64,000 nucleotides of DNA from Folioceros fuciformis (taxonomy: Eukaryota), in contig JBNGIO010006239.1 in assembly GCA_049999805.1 (NCBI GenBank), positions 237,412 through 301,411 of the forward strand, in the 5' to 3' direction. Positions 35,501 through 48,224 of this stretch are shown piece by piece. The notes beneath the pieces are model-generated. The model worked only from the letters and a program-made list of their open reading frames with translations. It searched no databases and was not told the origin of the DNA. Both the position numbers and the translations under genes were made by a program. Numbering within the stretch: the first letter of the stretch is position 1; each line of letters starts with the position of its first letter.

Positions 35501-35668
35501 GACGAGCAGTTAGCCCGGCCAGCGGTGTGCGTGAACTTGGAAAGCTGTGATGCGATGACTTTAAGATGCAAACTCACATGCACAAGAACAAAGAGCAAGC
35601 AAGGAGAGTTGATATCATAGAAAACATCAAGAAGGTAGATTTTCTACCTTCTTCACTCACACCTCACA

Positions 35669-38600
35669 ATGGCAAGCACAAGTAGAGGAGGTGCAGGGAT
35701 GAGGAAAAGTGTACAATTCGAAGAGGAGGAGGGACAAACCTTACAAATTGACTATCAACAACAAGACTTGGAGCAAGGGAAACAAGAGGACTTGAGACCC
35801 CCTAGTATGAATAAGCTTCCCCTCATCTCATCATCTAACTCAAAAGATCTAAGTTTCCCTAATCCAAGATCAGATGCAACAAGAACAATCTCAAGGAGGA
35901 TGAGTCTACCATTGTATAGGCTGAAAGAAAGGAAACCGTCACCAAGAAGAGCAAGCATACCGCCTGTCCTTGAAATGCTTGATCAAAATAAGTTGATTGA
36001 CATGAACAAAGCACAAAGTATATCAATTATGGAACAAGAGTTGGAGAAACTAATAGAAGAGGACTTCACAAACTCTAGCTTGAAAGAACCTTTTCTTGCA
36101 TCAAGGTCAAGGAATGTCTTGCCTCAATTTTCACCATCAGAGGAGGATTTGGAAAATTTGAGTAGTGATGAGATATCAAGATCAAGGCACAGGATCAAGC
36201 ACACAAGTGCCAAGAGGGGAAGCATACCACTAAGTAAACATAAAGAAAGGAAAGTATGGACAAGAAGAACAAGTGTACCACATACCTTTGATGTGCATGA
36301 AGAAAGTAGGTTTCTTGCAACAGATCAAACACACAATCTTTTCAATACACAAAATAGAATGGTTCATCGTAGAAAGTCAAGTAACCAAGTATTCCCCAGC
36401 CAACTCGTCCATAGACCTTCCATCCATGAAGACAACACTGCAATGAGAAAAAGTTGTACCATACTTGACAACCCAATCTCATTAGTTCATTTGCATGATT
36501 CTAATCCTACACTCACAGTAATAACACACATTCGGAAAGGATTTGGGATGATCTTCATCCTCTTAGGTTTTCTCATGCTTGTTGCATCACTTTGCATCAC
36601 TTATCCTGTTATAGTGCCTATGATGCAAAGAGCTTTATTTTCTGTAAGTTGATTGCATTTTTTTCGTTTTCATTCTATCACATACTTTTTCAAAAATTGG
36701 ATACCATTCTCATGATTTGTTTCTATTCTAACTATGCATAATCTTTGTTGATCAGAATTTAACCATCACAAATTCTACTGAAGGATTTTCTTCTGGTGAT
36801 GGTATCCAAGATGCTCCTAATGCAACATGGTACTTCTGGAACTTAACAAATCACGAAGATGTTTTGGCCGGAACTGGTGCTCCCATGCTAAAGCAAGTAT
36901 GCATGCCTTGAAGCTTTTTGGCAAACTTTGATGTCTATAGATAGTGTACAAATGTAGAATTAAAATCACTTTCTTCTTGCGCTGCTTTGTGTTGGATTAC
37001 AATGTTGGTAGCTCCCATCGCTTTACACAATTTTTTTCAGACTTTGCATCTTAACTCATGTAACAGCTAGGGCCATATGTGGTTCAACAAAAAATAAGGA
37101 CTTTTCAAGTAAATTTCACAAAAAATGATACCGAAGTGTACAGATCATCTGCAATGTTTGGAGCATATGTGTCAGAGACATCTTGTGCAACATGCTCTTT
37201 AGATGACCAAATAACTATAGTAAATAGTGTATATTTGTACTTCACAGGATTATATGCCAGTGAATATGACCTCCTTCAACAATATGTTCCAAACATAATT
37301 AGAAAAGACCTCAGCAAAATTGCGGGTACTTCCTCTGTCTAGAGGATTTGATGTTTTGATATATTGGAAAATCAATGTTTAGGTACAATATACTTATCAT
37401 TTCTCTTCTCTTCAAATATTTTTAGAATCTATTTTGATTAGGTAGATTGAACTAAAATAAGCATTTATTTGATGTAATGTGTTTCTTCTTGCAGATTATC
37501 TTTTGCAACATGGTTACGCTACTTCGACGTCGCAAGCGAAAGACTTATCTTTGCAACAATGGGCTGATTGTAGTGTCTTGAATTTGGCTTCAATCCGTCA
37601 AATTGACTCGTCTTGGTACTATTATCCGGAAATGTGCGGGTGGGCTCAATATGTTGAATATCGAGCTATTTCGATAACCCAGAACGATGCAAATAACATA
37701 TTGTATCAGATGGTGTACGCGATACTGAATTACAATTTCGGTGATGCTTTAGCTATAGCAAACCTTTGGATCCTAGCTTACCCGAGGGGTCGAACAAACC
37801 CTGTGCAAAAGCTTGCTTCTTTGTCAGCAGTGCAAACAGTGGACCTCATGGATTACATTACATACATGACGACTAGTGGCGCTAAGATTTACTTCGAAGA
37901 TGTGATTTGTCAAGGCAATGGGTTGTTCATGACGAGATCTGTGCAAGAAATTTTGTATGGGTACTATGATCCTTTGTTGGAAGGGTATTACGGAACTTTG
38001 AACAAACTTGCTTTTGTCGGGGCGATCAACAGCTTTGCTCAACTCAACAACCCACCGAGTGATTTTATAGAATCTCAGGCATTCATAGGGTTCAAAACAG
38101 GCAAGGGAAATGTCAATGAGATGTTCAATGTTATTCAACAAGGCACGAATATGGGGCTCCGAGCTCCTCCTGTGAATAAAAATGTGATACAATGGGAACA
38201 TGGTTCTATACAAGTTTCAGGCTCATCTGGTGCTTTCTTTGGGCCCGGAGTGGTGAAGAAAGGAAAACCTCAATCCATGTGGATGGACTTGCTTAATCGC
38301 CATATAACATTTGATTACGTCGGAGAATATGTTCTTCAAAACTTAGAAATTTACAAGTATCATATGAGCGATTCTTCCTTAGAAGCATGTGAGCAAATAC
38401 CTTTAGAGTAAGGAAAATTTCTATAATAATGATGATAAGTGTGTGAGTTTTTGCTACCAAAACTCTCAACTAACTCTAAAGTTATGGAGACCTTGGTTGT
38501 GTGACAAGCAGAAATCTGGACAAAGAAGGACCATGCCTATATCCTCAATACTACACTGGAGTATTCAACTTAACTAGATTTTCTAGCTTATTTTATTTGA

Positions 38601-40074
38601 CGCTTCCGCATTTTCTTCGAACTGAACCTCAAGTAAAATATACACTCGGGCTCGCAGGAGATGAGATGTCCGTTGATAGTTACTGGGATGTGACATTAGA
38701 AATCGAGCCCTTTTGGGGCGCTACAATCAATGTCTCTTTCATGTTCCAAAACGTTGTTCCTTTGCAAAGAAGTACTGTGTTGCGCCCGAATTTGTGGTTG
38801 AATTTTAGTTCAAGTTTCTTCCCTAATGTCATGTGGCTTCCAACAACTATAATATCCTCGCAGGTATGTTGTGAAAAAGCATAGAATAGTTTGGTAGTGT
38901 TGATTTATGAATTTGGACTTGAGATACCATGTTTTCCATCTTTGCTCGACTCAATTATGTCATAGATAACGCCGAATACAACATTATTGCATACTTTGTG
39001 GATTAGCAAGCTTTTTGTTTATGGAGTCATTTTCATTTTGGTGTATGTGATTCCCTTTTTGTCAATGGGTTGCATCTTATGCGGATTCCATTTCATGTGG
39101 AAGAAAAGACAGTTTACTTGTTGTGAGAAGGTGAGTGTATGAGTTTGATTTGTTGTCTGATTATTTGTTGTAGTTTGAAGAATTTTGTATAACACTTTTC
39201 CATTTCACCTCAGAAAGAAGAGAAGTTGCATCCTGATATCTTGGTTGCTAGAGTAATTGATCCTATTGAGTTGCAAATCAAGCAGCGTACTTGGGCAAGA
39301 GTAACTCCATCGTTTCAGGAAATGATGGCAACGTTAGCTAACTTGAAGTATGCATTGGGAAGGATTGAAGAAGAGAATCTTTCAAATAAGGAATTGAAAC
39401 ATGTAGAAGAGAATTCTTCAAGGGAGGAATCAAAACATATAGAATCGTCAATATTTGTAGGTGAGCCTCAAGTACCAAGTGAAGAACCTATTGTTAGAGA
39501 AGAAGAAGGAACTATATCACCCATACCCACCATACAAGAGGGAGGATTGGTATCAACTCCATCCATGGTTGGGGAGGAAAAAGTTTTAGTTCCAATGCAA
39601 GAATATGGTTCTTCCTTCACAGGATCCATAGAACGAAGAAAGTTATCAATTTTGGTGGAGGAGGAACAAGAACCTCTTCCAAAGATTCAAAGTCCACGAA
39701 GTTTTGTCTCGCCTAGAGCTTCAATGTTTGCTGGAGTTGCAGGAGCTTCATCAATACATAGAAGGGCCTCTAGCTTTGTGATAGAGGATCACCATAGACA
39801 TTCATTGCTGCAAACTAGAAAGAGTCGGCATGCTAAGTCTTTCAGAGTAGATATTCTAGAAGCATTTGTGGAAATCCCACTACCAACACAAGCCTCCACC
39901 ATGGAGCTTAGTTTATCAAGTGCCTCTCAACAGCCAACTACTGCGCAGATTGAAAGACATGGAACAAGAGAAACAATACAACGATTGTTCCAGCAGAGTT
40001 CTGCAAAGGATGATTTCATGTTTGGAGAGAAACATGAAAGTAGTATTGGACCTGCTTGGGTTGATGACATTTAG
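35669..40074 (+). CDS. CD36 / scavenger receptor class B (LIMP-like) two-TM glycoprotein with long disordered N- and C-terminal tails, about 7 exons
   Basis: TM1 GFGMIFILLGFLMLVASLCITYPVIV. CD36-domain-like motifs WYFWNLTNHEDVLAG..PMLKQ/LGPYV, DDQITIVN, GLFMTRSVQEILYGYYDPLL, VSGSSGAFF.P, GVFNLT..YLTLPHFL, LEIEPFWGATI..FQ, WLP. TM2 lies in exon 38966-39130. Many NxS/T sites. Confidence 0.8.
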
Positions 40075-40686
40075 AGGTAGATCAAATGAGCAATCTTGTG
40101 GATGTGGTGTAGAAGATGAATTTAGGATCTCCAAAAGTGAGTCTTTCAGATTACAAGGTGGTCGTGTGAAAACCGAGTAAATGGATTGGAATCTCAATGC
40201 ACCATGGACTTCGGAGTGACATTAGTACTCCTCTAAAAAAACCAGGCTGTGGTAAGGTGGAAAGTTTGTTCCCTAGTGCTCTTTTCGGGTTTTGTAAATG
40301 AGGGACCAATGAGATGACGAGACGTTGCCAGGTGCAAAAGTTGATCTCAGCGTGTTGATAGGTGTGAACATGGTCTGGCCGGGAAAGATTGCTGTTCTCC
40401 AAAGGAAAAGCCAAGGGGTATGTGGACCATGCCAAAAGTGGGACGTCACAGGTCCAGGTAGACGCTGTGTGAACGAGGCACTCGTACACCGCAGCCCATA
40501 GCAAGGGTGTGGCGAGGGAGCTGTTGAACTACCTATCGGGGAGACGTCTTTTGAAGGTGTGGAACATGTAAGAGGAGAAACAGGTGGACACCTGCAAAGG
40601 CCAAACAAATGCTTTACCAGCACATTGAATGTTACCAGAAGGGATAGTGTGGGCTGTGGGGAAGGGAATTGAAGGTGTTACTTGGC

Positions 40687-40722
40687 ACCGACACCGACGC
40701 CGACACCGACACAGACACCGAC
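40687..40722. repeat. (ACCGAC)n hexamer microsatellite, 6 units
   Basis: ACCGAC ACCGAC GCCGAC ACCGAC ACAGAC ACCGAC. Confidence 0.9.
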
Positions 40723-42799
40723 ACCTGATTTTTTTGTCTTTGATGCTTGGGGAGCAGAGGAGGGAAATATTTCAATTGTTGCCAGCTAGCTTGCTGAAGA
40801 TCCGTGAGCTGGCTGAGAGCCGCATTTTTGGTTACCATTGTTGTGATGGGGATTTACACCCAGAGACTGCACAGTGGTGTGACTGCAGTGGACAAGAAGT
40901 GCAAGCATGGCCAGCAGCTGGCAGAGGCAGATCTCCAGCATAATCCAGCTTTGGAATAAGTTTCCTGATACGACTGGATAAGTGCGAGCAGGGAGATGGA
41001 AACGTGTGGGCTCACTGTGCCTTCCTGCAGTCCTCCGGAACCAGATTAGGAAGGAAGCAGACCCGGGATACGGAATTAGCAGCTGCAGACATTGATATCG
41101 TGGGATCTTCTGTTGTTTGGCCATTTGAAGAGTGGCGTGTGGAGATGAGGATGGAGAAGGGATGAGGAGGAGGGAACCCTAAACCACCAGCACCGTCCAC
41201 CGAGACAGGGACCCAACTTGCCGCTCTCAGCTACTCCACCACGGAAAGGATTCCCGACACCAACGGCTGCTGCTGCATGGGCCCCGTCCGCCACGTTGCA
41301 CATCGGGGAGTCAGGATTCCCGCTGACTGAAGAGCTTGGCCGGGCGCTGAGAGGTTGGGTTTTACAGTGTCTCGTCCAGTTCGGCCTGACGGGGGCGTGT
41401 CCTGCTTGCCCGCTGGAACGGCACCTGCCAGATCGCAAAGCATGGGCCATGGAGGTTGTGTGCGACAGTGAGTCTGCGGCTGGCTTGTCAGATGCTCAGA
41501 TGCTAGATTGGCTCCAGAGAAGCGTGTCACGTATCTGCATGCAGCTTCCAACTGCCTTGCCAAATCGACAGTGGCTTCTGTTTCCCGTCACAAGCCTCTC
41601 GGATGCTTGGACACAATTTGGTGCCAGTCGTGGCCCAGCCGGCACCTACTGGCCTTGCCCACCATTTGCTGCTCCTGCTCCTGAAGCTGCACCCGTGTGC
41701 GATCATGATATCTGGCACGGGCCTTCCAGAGTCTCACAGCCACGCTCTCTCTCTGGACCAGCTTCCCTGTACAGTCTGTTTCTCCCTTAAAAGATTATGC
41801 TGTCAGAGCTTGGCGTGTCCAATGTGCATGTTGCATCTCCATGCTTGCTAGCCCAGCCCAGGCCAACTCAGGCCAGCCCAGCCAGCCCTGCCCTGGCCTC
41901 TCATGACTGTCACTGTAATTTTACTCACATGCACATCAACATAATCCATGCCCACTTCACATGCTCCTCTGACCTCCATGGAAACAAGCAAGCAGGGCAT
42001 TCGTTCCCACACCTACAGCTCGTGGTTGGGTTGGAATAGCGACGGCTGTCTGTGAATGTTGGCCAACGCAATGCCAGGGCACTGTTGCCCTTGGTTATGG
42101 CATCCATGTGCGCTCCTCGGCCGATGGCAAGCATACTAATGTCGCCCAACGTTCCTGAGAAACTCCACGGGCCCACAGATTGCGGGGGAGTCAACTCATT
42201 GGCGTTGCTCATGTGGGTGGATCGGCCATGTGTCATGACACACATACGCACTCGGCAGCCTGTCCAGAGTGACAAGTTGTTGCCTGTCATGTCAGTCGCT
42301 TGGTGCACACAAGTCCCGCACGTTCTTCTGCACCTGCAGATATGCATTGAATAGGGCCCTTGATGTGGAGGGCTGCTCTCGCAAACCCAGTCCTTTCACA
42401 TATACCTCGGTGGCTTGTGAAAGCGCTAAATTGAATGTCCATGCAGGTGACGAGGGTGATGAGAGCCCCGCCTCGGATGCCGTCATCGGTGAAAGCTTTT
42501 CAGGCCTTCTTGCGTTCCTGGCGCCCCGCTTCCGGGGGACCCGGGGGCCACCCAGGGAGTAAAGTCAGTGGGATGTTGCATCTCCTGTCAATAATGCTGC
42601 TTGCCACCTGTACTAGGCCCTTTGGTCTGCATGTAGGCCCCCCGGTCTCCATGTAGGCCCCTGGGTCCCCATCTATAGATCGTAGACAATGCCTGATGAA
42701 TCCCTTGCGCTTTCACTGGACAGACTAGTGTTCCAATCGTTGCATGGGGAAGCCCAACCTGGCAACCACCCACAGTAGTGCCCCTTCACTGCATCTATC

Positions 42800-43650
42800 A
42801 TGTTCATAGAGAGCTCACCTACTGTACTTCCTCTTGCCTGCTAGTGGGAATGTGCTGGGATTCTGTATTTGCTAAGGTGAATGCTACCATCCGCAACATC
42901 TTGGCACACATCAGGAGCTTCTACTGCTACTTGTGCGGCATAGGGTTGGTGTAGGATGTTAAGCATCTTGGGGAAGACAAGTTCTAGAAGTTGACTGCTC
43001 AGCCGTAGAGCATAGACTTGCACGACGTAGACTGTGTACATCAAATGCATCACACTGTCAGGTGAAGTGAAGACCCGTTCGAGAGAAGCAGGACCGGAGC
43101 TGTATGTATGCGTTTGAGCAAAGGATGGACCAAGAAGCGATGTGGGTTTTGTCGAAGGATGGAAAAAGATGTGACACGAGTTGTGTCGATGGAAAATAGC
43201 TTGTGTCGAAGGATGGGCTCCTGGCCCATGCTCTGCCTCGAATATCTGCTACCATGGCATTCCACGGTTCTTGACTAATACTAATGGCATCACACACCTC
43301 TAGGCATCGTACCAGCTGTCACAGTTTCAAAACATGCGCAATAAGCTTGTGACCATGGAGGGATCCGCCTGAAGCTCTTGTTCTCTCGAAGTTGAACACC
43401 AGTTTGAAGCCCCTTCCCATCCTTTGAAGGTAGGCAACTCACAATTGCACATGCCTCCTTGACGCCTCGAGCGTCAAGGAGGCAAACAAATGTTGCGATC
43501 TCCGGTATGGCGATGCCCTCCTGTTCCTTCTCACTAAAAAAGCCGAAGGGTTCCGTGGCTCATGCCTCATACCCTTCCATTACCGTTAGCACATGCTTTG
43601 TGAAGTCCACGAAACATTCTTCGAGAAGCTTCGAAGCTGCATAGTTTGCA
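42800..43650 (-). pseudogene. Possible degenerate pentatricopeptide-repeat (PPR) gene remnant
   Basis: Broken frames contain FFSEKEQEGIAIPEIATFVCLLDA, MVTSLLRMF and QEPWNAMVA, resembling PLS-class PPR motifs. Many stops and frameshifts. Confidence 0.4.
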
Positions 43651-43709
43651 TACGTCACATTAAGCTGTTGGCTCTGAAGGGATCTGAATTGAGAACGTTG
43701 TTTCTAGAA

Positions 43710-44310
43710 TTGGATTTGCTGCTGATGTTGGACGAGGCCTTCAGCTTTCATCTCTCGTGCAACAAGCTCGTGGGAGTGTTTGAGATCCAATCCCTGTACA
43801 CCACGGAGATAGTGCGTGTCGGTAAGCCATGGGTATGATGGGGACTAGGCTTCGAAAGATGGATCAGTACGGCCATATGAAAACTTCAAGGGGGTGAGGG
43901 ACTCTGCGTCTTCCCAGCAATATCTCTACGGTCTAGTAATGTCGGTAAGTCAGGTCTTGCAATGTGAAACCTATCACGAACATTGGACTTGAAATCATGA
44001 CAGGGCTCTGCCGAGGATGGCCCACACTGTTGCTGGAGATGTACATGGCATTGTTTAGTCCCCATGGAAGAGGAATCGTCTAAACTTTGTCATAGCCCGG
44101 CATAGCTGGTTGCCGCTCCAGATGGTTCTGCTCGGAAAAACCAAAAGTGGTGAGAAGCTCGCAGGAAGGCAAAATCGAGCAATTGTGATAGTGGAGTCAC
44201 CTCTAAAGGCACAAACAATTGAAAAGTATTTCGGGGATCGGTCAGTTGTACTGGCCGGCTATGAGCATGATAGGGACTTGGCATCTGGATCCGGGTCAAT
44301 AAGGCCAGTG
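43710..44310 (+). pseudogene. Decayed copy of the 5' end (exon 1) of the type IA topoisomerase gene
   Basis: RAIVIVESPLKAQTIEKYFGDRSVVLAGYEHDRDLASGSGSIRP versus [44 protein letters not shown] in the intact gene. Stops lie upstream and homology ends near 44310. Confidence 0.85.
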
Positions 44311-45099
44311 GAAGAGTTTCATGGACCCATTGCTGGGAATCTCGTCCCTACCCACAAACTTTCTGGGAAGTGGAAGTTCTGGATTTCTTGCACTGCTTTG
44401 TTTGTTGGAGTTGATGCCCTACGATGAGGCAAGTGGGAGCTCTTCGTAGAATCCTCGTACACGCACTTATTTTGTTGGGTGCCAACAACAGATTCGGTTG
44501 CCATACTGTGGCCATCGTTCAGAGACCACTCGGAAGCTGATTCTAGCAAAAGACTTGCAGGACATCCAGGTGAAAGACTGTCCACCGGCACAGTAGTCGG
44601 ATGGGGTGCCAGTATACGGAGCTGGGGTGTTTTGACGGCGAGCTCGGTTTTCTGTACTCGGAAAAGCTTTCTGCCCCTTGCCGACAAGGCCATGAAGCAT
44701 CAAATGCATTGAGCCATGCCTGTGGCCACATCAGAGGTTGGCGATGAATCACGTCCAAAGCGGAAGCACAAAGTCGGAGCAACTTAGGAGGCAATTTGGT
44801 TGGATACAAAGGAGGTGGATGATGCTGAGCTCCTGGCAGCCTCCGGTAGCTCCCCAGTCCGCTGCAGTTTTTTCGCGTCCGCCTGGGAATAGGTATGCCT
44901 CAACCCTCACTTGGCTTCAGGCTGGTGTCGTCACAGATGGAAGCCGGGGTGTTAATTGTGGTGCATTTTGTGGCAGAAAAGGCCTTTCACGGATAGCAGT
45001 TGGCAGCGATCGCGTTATCGGGACAGGTCTGTGCGGAGAAACCAGTCCACCTCATTTGCAATTGGCTGGAAGTGTGAGCAGCAAGCTGGGCCTGGGATC

Positions 45100-46110
45100 G
45101 GGGCCGCATGAAGATTCGGCTTTGGTGGACGTGTCTCAGTATATGTTTGATTTGACCGAGCTTGCTCTAGTGAGTAGTCACGAATTTTACAAATGACACG
45201 CGGATCTGGGGGCTGCCATGAAGGCGGAGACTGAGGAGAAGTACAGCCAGAATGTGAACGCGTTGGCAGGGCATTTGCAGACATGAGATTACTTGCTTGG
45301 TACTGTGGACTGTACTCCAGGGGTATTCGATGATCTACAAGCACAGCATCAAGCTGTGGCTACTAAGACGAAGACTTTGCACCATGCCTGTGAGTGGCTG
45401 GTTATGGAGAAAGACAGGCTTGTGCAGTTTGCTACGGCCCTGACAGCTGAGCTGAGCCAGTTCGATGAGTTGGTGTTAATTGCTACACAGTTTCATGTAC
45501 CTACCATGAGCGTGGAAAGCGGGATTTTCCTTCTGCTTATGGAGCGACTGGATGAATGCATCTCGTTGGTGAGTAACAATCCTGAGTATGCTGATTTTAG
45601 GACACCCCTTATGAAGTTCAGGCAGCTGCATTCCAGGACCTTGGGAATGGTGAGATCTCATGTCCTGTTAGTGCTGAGAGCAGGAGCAGCTCAGGTGCAA
45701 GTGGCTCTCAGGGAAGTATGGGTGCCAGTGGGAAGCTAATCATAGCAGAGGGATCGGAGACGTCAATCCTGTATGTGCGGTTTTAAGCTGCAGCTCATGC
45801 CTTGAAACCTTTGGTGGAGGATATTGAAAGCGAAGGCTCTGAAACACTTCGCTGAACAGCGTCTGGTCTTGGTGCAAGAGGTGGTGCCTCAAGGGCTGGC
45901 AGAAATGCTAAGAACGAGCCTTTGATGTCTTCCACCAGATCTGGATGTGCATACCTGAGTCAGGTTTGTCAGCTTGAGCACCAGATATTTGGTCACTTTT
46001 TTCCTTGGTCCTCTTCTGAGGGTTCACACCTTACATCCTATTTGAGCCGTAGTGCACAGCTCTGAATGGTGCGTGAAGACCAAGTTCATTCTTGAAGGGG
46101 CTGGATCACC
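45100..46110 (+). pseudogene. COG3: COG3/Sec34 (conserved oligomeric Golgi complex subunit 3) fragment, intronless and decayed
   Basis: EFYK*HADLGAAMKAETEEKY, LQAQHQAVATKTKTLHHACEWLVMEKDRL, RLDECISLVSNNPEYAD..MKFRQLHSRTLGMVR, EGSETSILYVRF*AAA. In-frame stops, frameshifts and no introns over about 1 kb. Confidence 0.85.
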
Positions 46111-46149
46111 TGTGTGATTTTGGATACGCTAAAAGGTCAGGTGCCAGGA

Positions 46150-46450
46150 GAGCTTGTGAGGTGGGGAAAATCTGAAGGTAGAAAATGACTCCGAATCCGA
46201 AGGAGAATGAAGGTCTACCGAAGGAGATTACGAAGTTCGAAGCATCTTTGTCTAAGGAAGATATTTCGAGACTTTGGGTGCGAGAAAGGTATTCGGGCCA
46301 AGGCTCCGTAAAGGGGGCTTCGAAAAGGAAGATTTGGGCCAAGGCTTCAAAGGCAAGTTCTGAAGACAAAAAGCGACCACTGAATACTGTTTCTTTTTTT
46401 GGCAAGACCAACTGCAAGACTGAGATTGCAGAAGGCAAAGGAATGCTTTG
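46150..46450 (-). mobile_element. Possible LINE ORF1 (DUF4283-like) fragment
   Basis: VFSGRFLSSELAFEALAQIF..W..LEISSLDKDASNFVISF loosely fits the start of the plant L1 ORF1 domain. Weak evidence. Confidence 0.3.
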
Positions 46451-47805
46451 GAAGCTTTAAAGGCAGCTTTTGAAAACAAGGAACGAAAATTTTCAAGGGC
46501 GATAATTAGGCAGACAGATCCGAATTTTAAAGGACGCTGCGGGAGGCAAGGAAAGGCTAGTGAAGGGTTTGAAGGGAATGGAAAGCAGAGCAGTTAAAGT
46601 CTTCATGGTTGATGGAGCTGACAACAAGAAAGAACCCGGCAAGTACGAAGGAGGAGAAAGACAAGCATATTAGGGTACAAGCGACGATGGAGTTGCTTTA
46701 GATTACATCGTTCTCGTGTGCAAACGGTGCAAATTAGATTAGAATAACCATTTTACTTCCCTAAAGAGACCAGCAAGAGGGAAGTTGGAAAATTGCCTCG
46801 CAGTGCTCTTTTTGCTTTGTTGATGTTGAAGGACCAAGGAGGGTGACAAGAGGTTGCAAGATGCGAAGGTGAATTTCTGTGTGTTCGCGGGTGCGTCCGG
46901 AGTGTGGCCTGGACCCATCGCGGTGCTCCAAAGCAAAAGCGAAAGTGTCATGTGGGCCATGAGAAAGGCAGCACTGGTTGGCAGCCTGTAGACAGCCGCT
47001 GTTTGAACTGGTAACTCGTGCACCGCAGCCCATAGCAGAAAAGTGAAGGGGCTGTCTAACTACAACCGAAATGAGGTTTTCTGACGCTGTGGAACACGCA
47101 ACAGCCGGAAAGAGGTCGACACCTGTACGTCCAAACCAATGCCGTACGTGCCGATCGAATGTTTCGATCTTGTTTTCAGTACCGACATCTGCTTCTCTGA
47201 CATCTATGCATGGCGAGCAGCGGAAAGGAGTATTTCAAATGTCACCAACTTGCTGGCTGAAGGCCAGTGAGTTGCCTCTGAGCCGCAATTGGTTACCATT
47301 CCTGTTGTACTGATTTGCGGAAGGAGGCAGCATAGTCTAGTGACTATGGCAGGCAGGAATTTGCAAGTATAGCCGTAAGCTGCGAGACAGATCTGGAGCA
47401 TAATTGAGCTTTGGACCAAATTTTCTGATCCGACTGGATCAGTGTAAGCTTACAAATAAAAACGCGTGGAACGGTTGTGGCTTCTTTGAGTCCCCCATAG
47501 CCAAATGTGCAAGGCAACAGGCCCAGAAGACAGAATTAACAATTGCAGACATTAATTCCGTCTGGTCCTCTGTTGTGACTCTGGTGCTGGCTTGTCAGCT
47601 GGTCAGATCCTAGATTGGATCCAGAGAAGCATATCGCGTATGTATAATGTCCGTGCCACATCCATCTGCGTTGCTCAGTTGTAGTGGCGTCGGTTTCTGA
47701 TCAGGATTTGGTGCCAGTGGTAGACGAGCAGGCCCTGCTGGCCATGCAGCTGCACGAGCGATGATGATAACTGCCACTGTAAGTCTGACAGCCGTGCTGT
47801 CCCTT

Positions 47806-48224
47806 GAGCAGCTTCTCCACACATATCTCCCTTGAAAAATTTTGCTGTCAGACCTTGGCGTGTCCAATGTGCATGTCGCATCTTCACGCTTGCTGAACCC
47901 TGGCCAGCCTTCTCATGGTTTATGACCGTGAATGAGTCACCACTGCAGTGGTACTCACAAGCACATTAACATAATCTGTGCCAACTTTGTATGCTCCTCT
48001 CTGACCTCCATGGAGCAGCTCCTCCACATACATCTCCCTTGAAAGATTTTGCTGTCGGACCTTGGCGTGTCCAACGTGCATGCCACATCTTCATGCTTGA
48101 TGAACCCAGCCCAGCCTTTTCATGGTTTATGAACGTGAATGTGTCACCACTGCAGTGGTACTCACAAGCACATTAACATAATCTATGCCAACTTCATATG
48201 CTCGTCTGACCTCCGTGGAGCAGC
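47806..48224. repeat. Direct tandem duplication of about 207 bp
   Basis: Units start gagcagct(t/c)ctccaca at 47806 and 48013 and stay highly similar through ctgacctcc(a/g)tg. Block A carries a single homologous unit at about 41780-41980. Confidence 0.9.

Larger units (their letters stand above)
40230..44310 (+). repeat. Diverged segmental duplicate (block A) of 46760-50060 (block B)
   Basis: Collinear matches: 40230-40620 with 46760-47145, 40740-40845 with 47205-47305, 41600-42500 with 47700-48770, and 43710-44310 with 49470-50060. Confidence 0.8.

Noticed and set aside
28226-40074. CblC plus CD36-like gene as a B12 uptake cluster
   Set aside because: They are separated by NDL and about 6 kb, differ in base composition, and I know of no established CD36 role in cobalamin transport. 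Proximity alone is not evidence.
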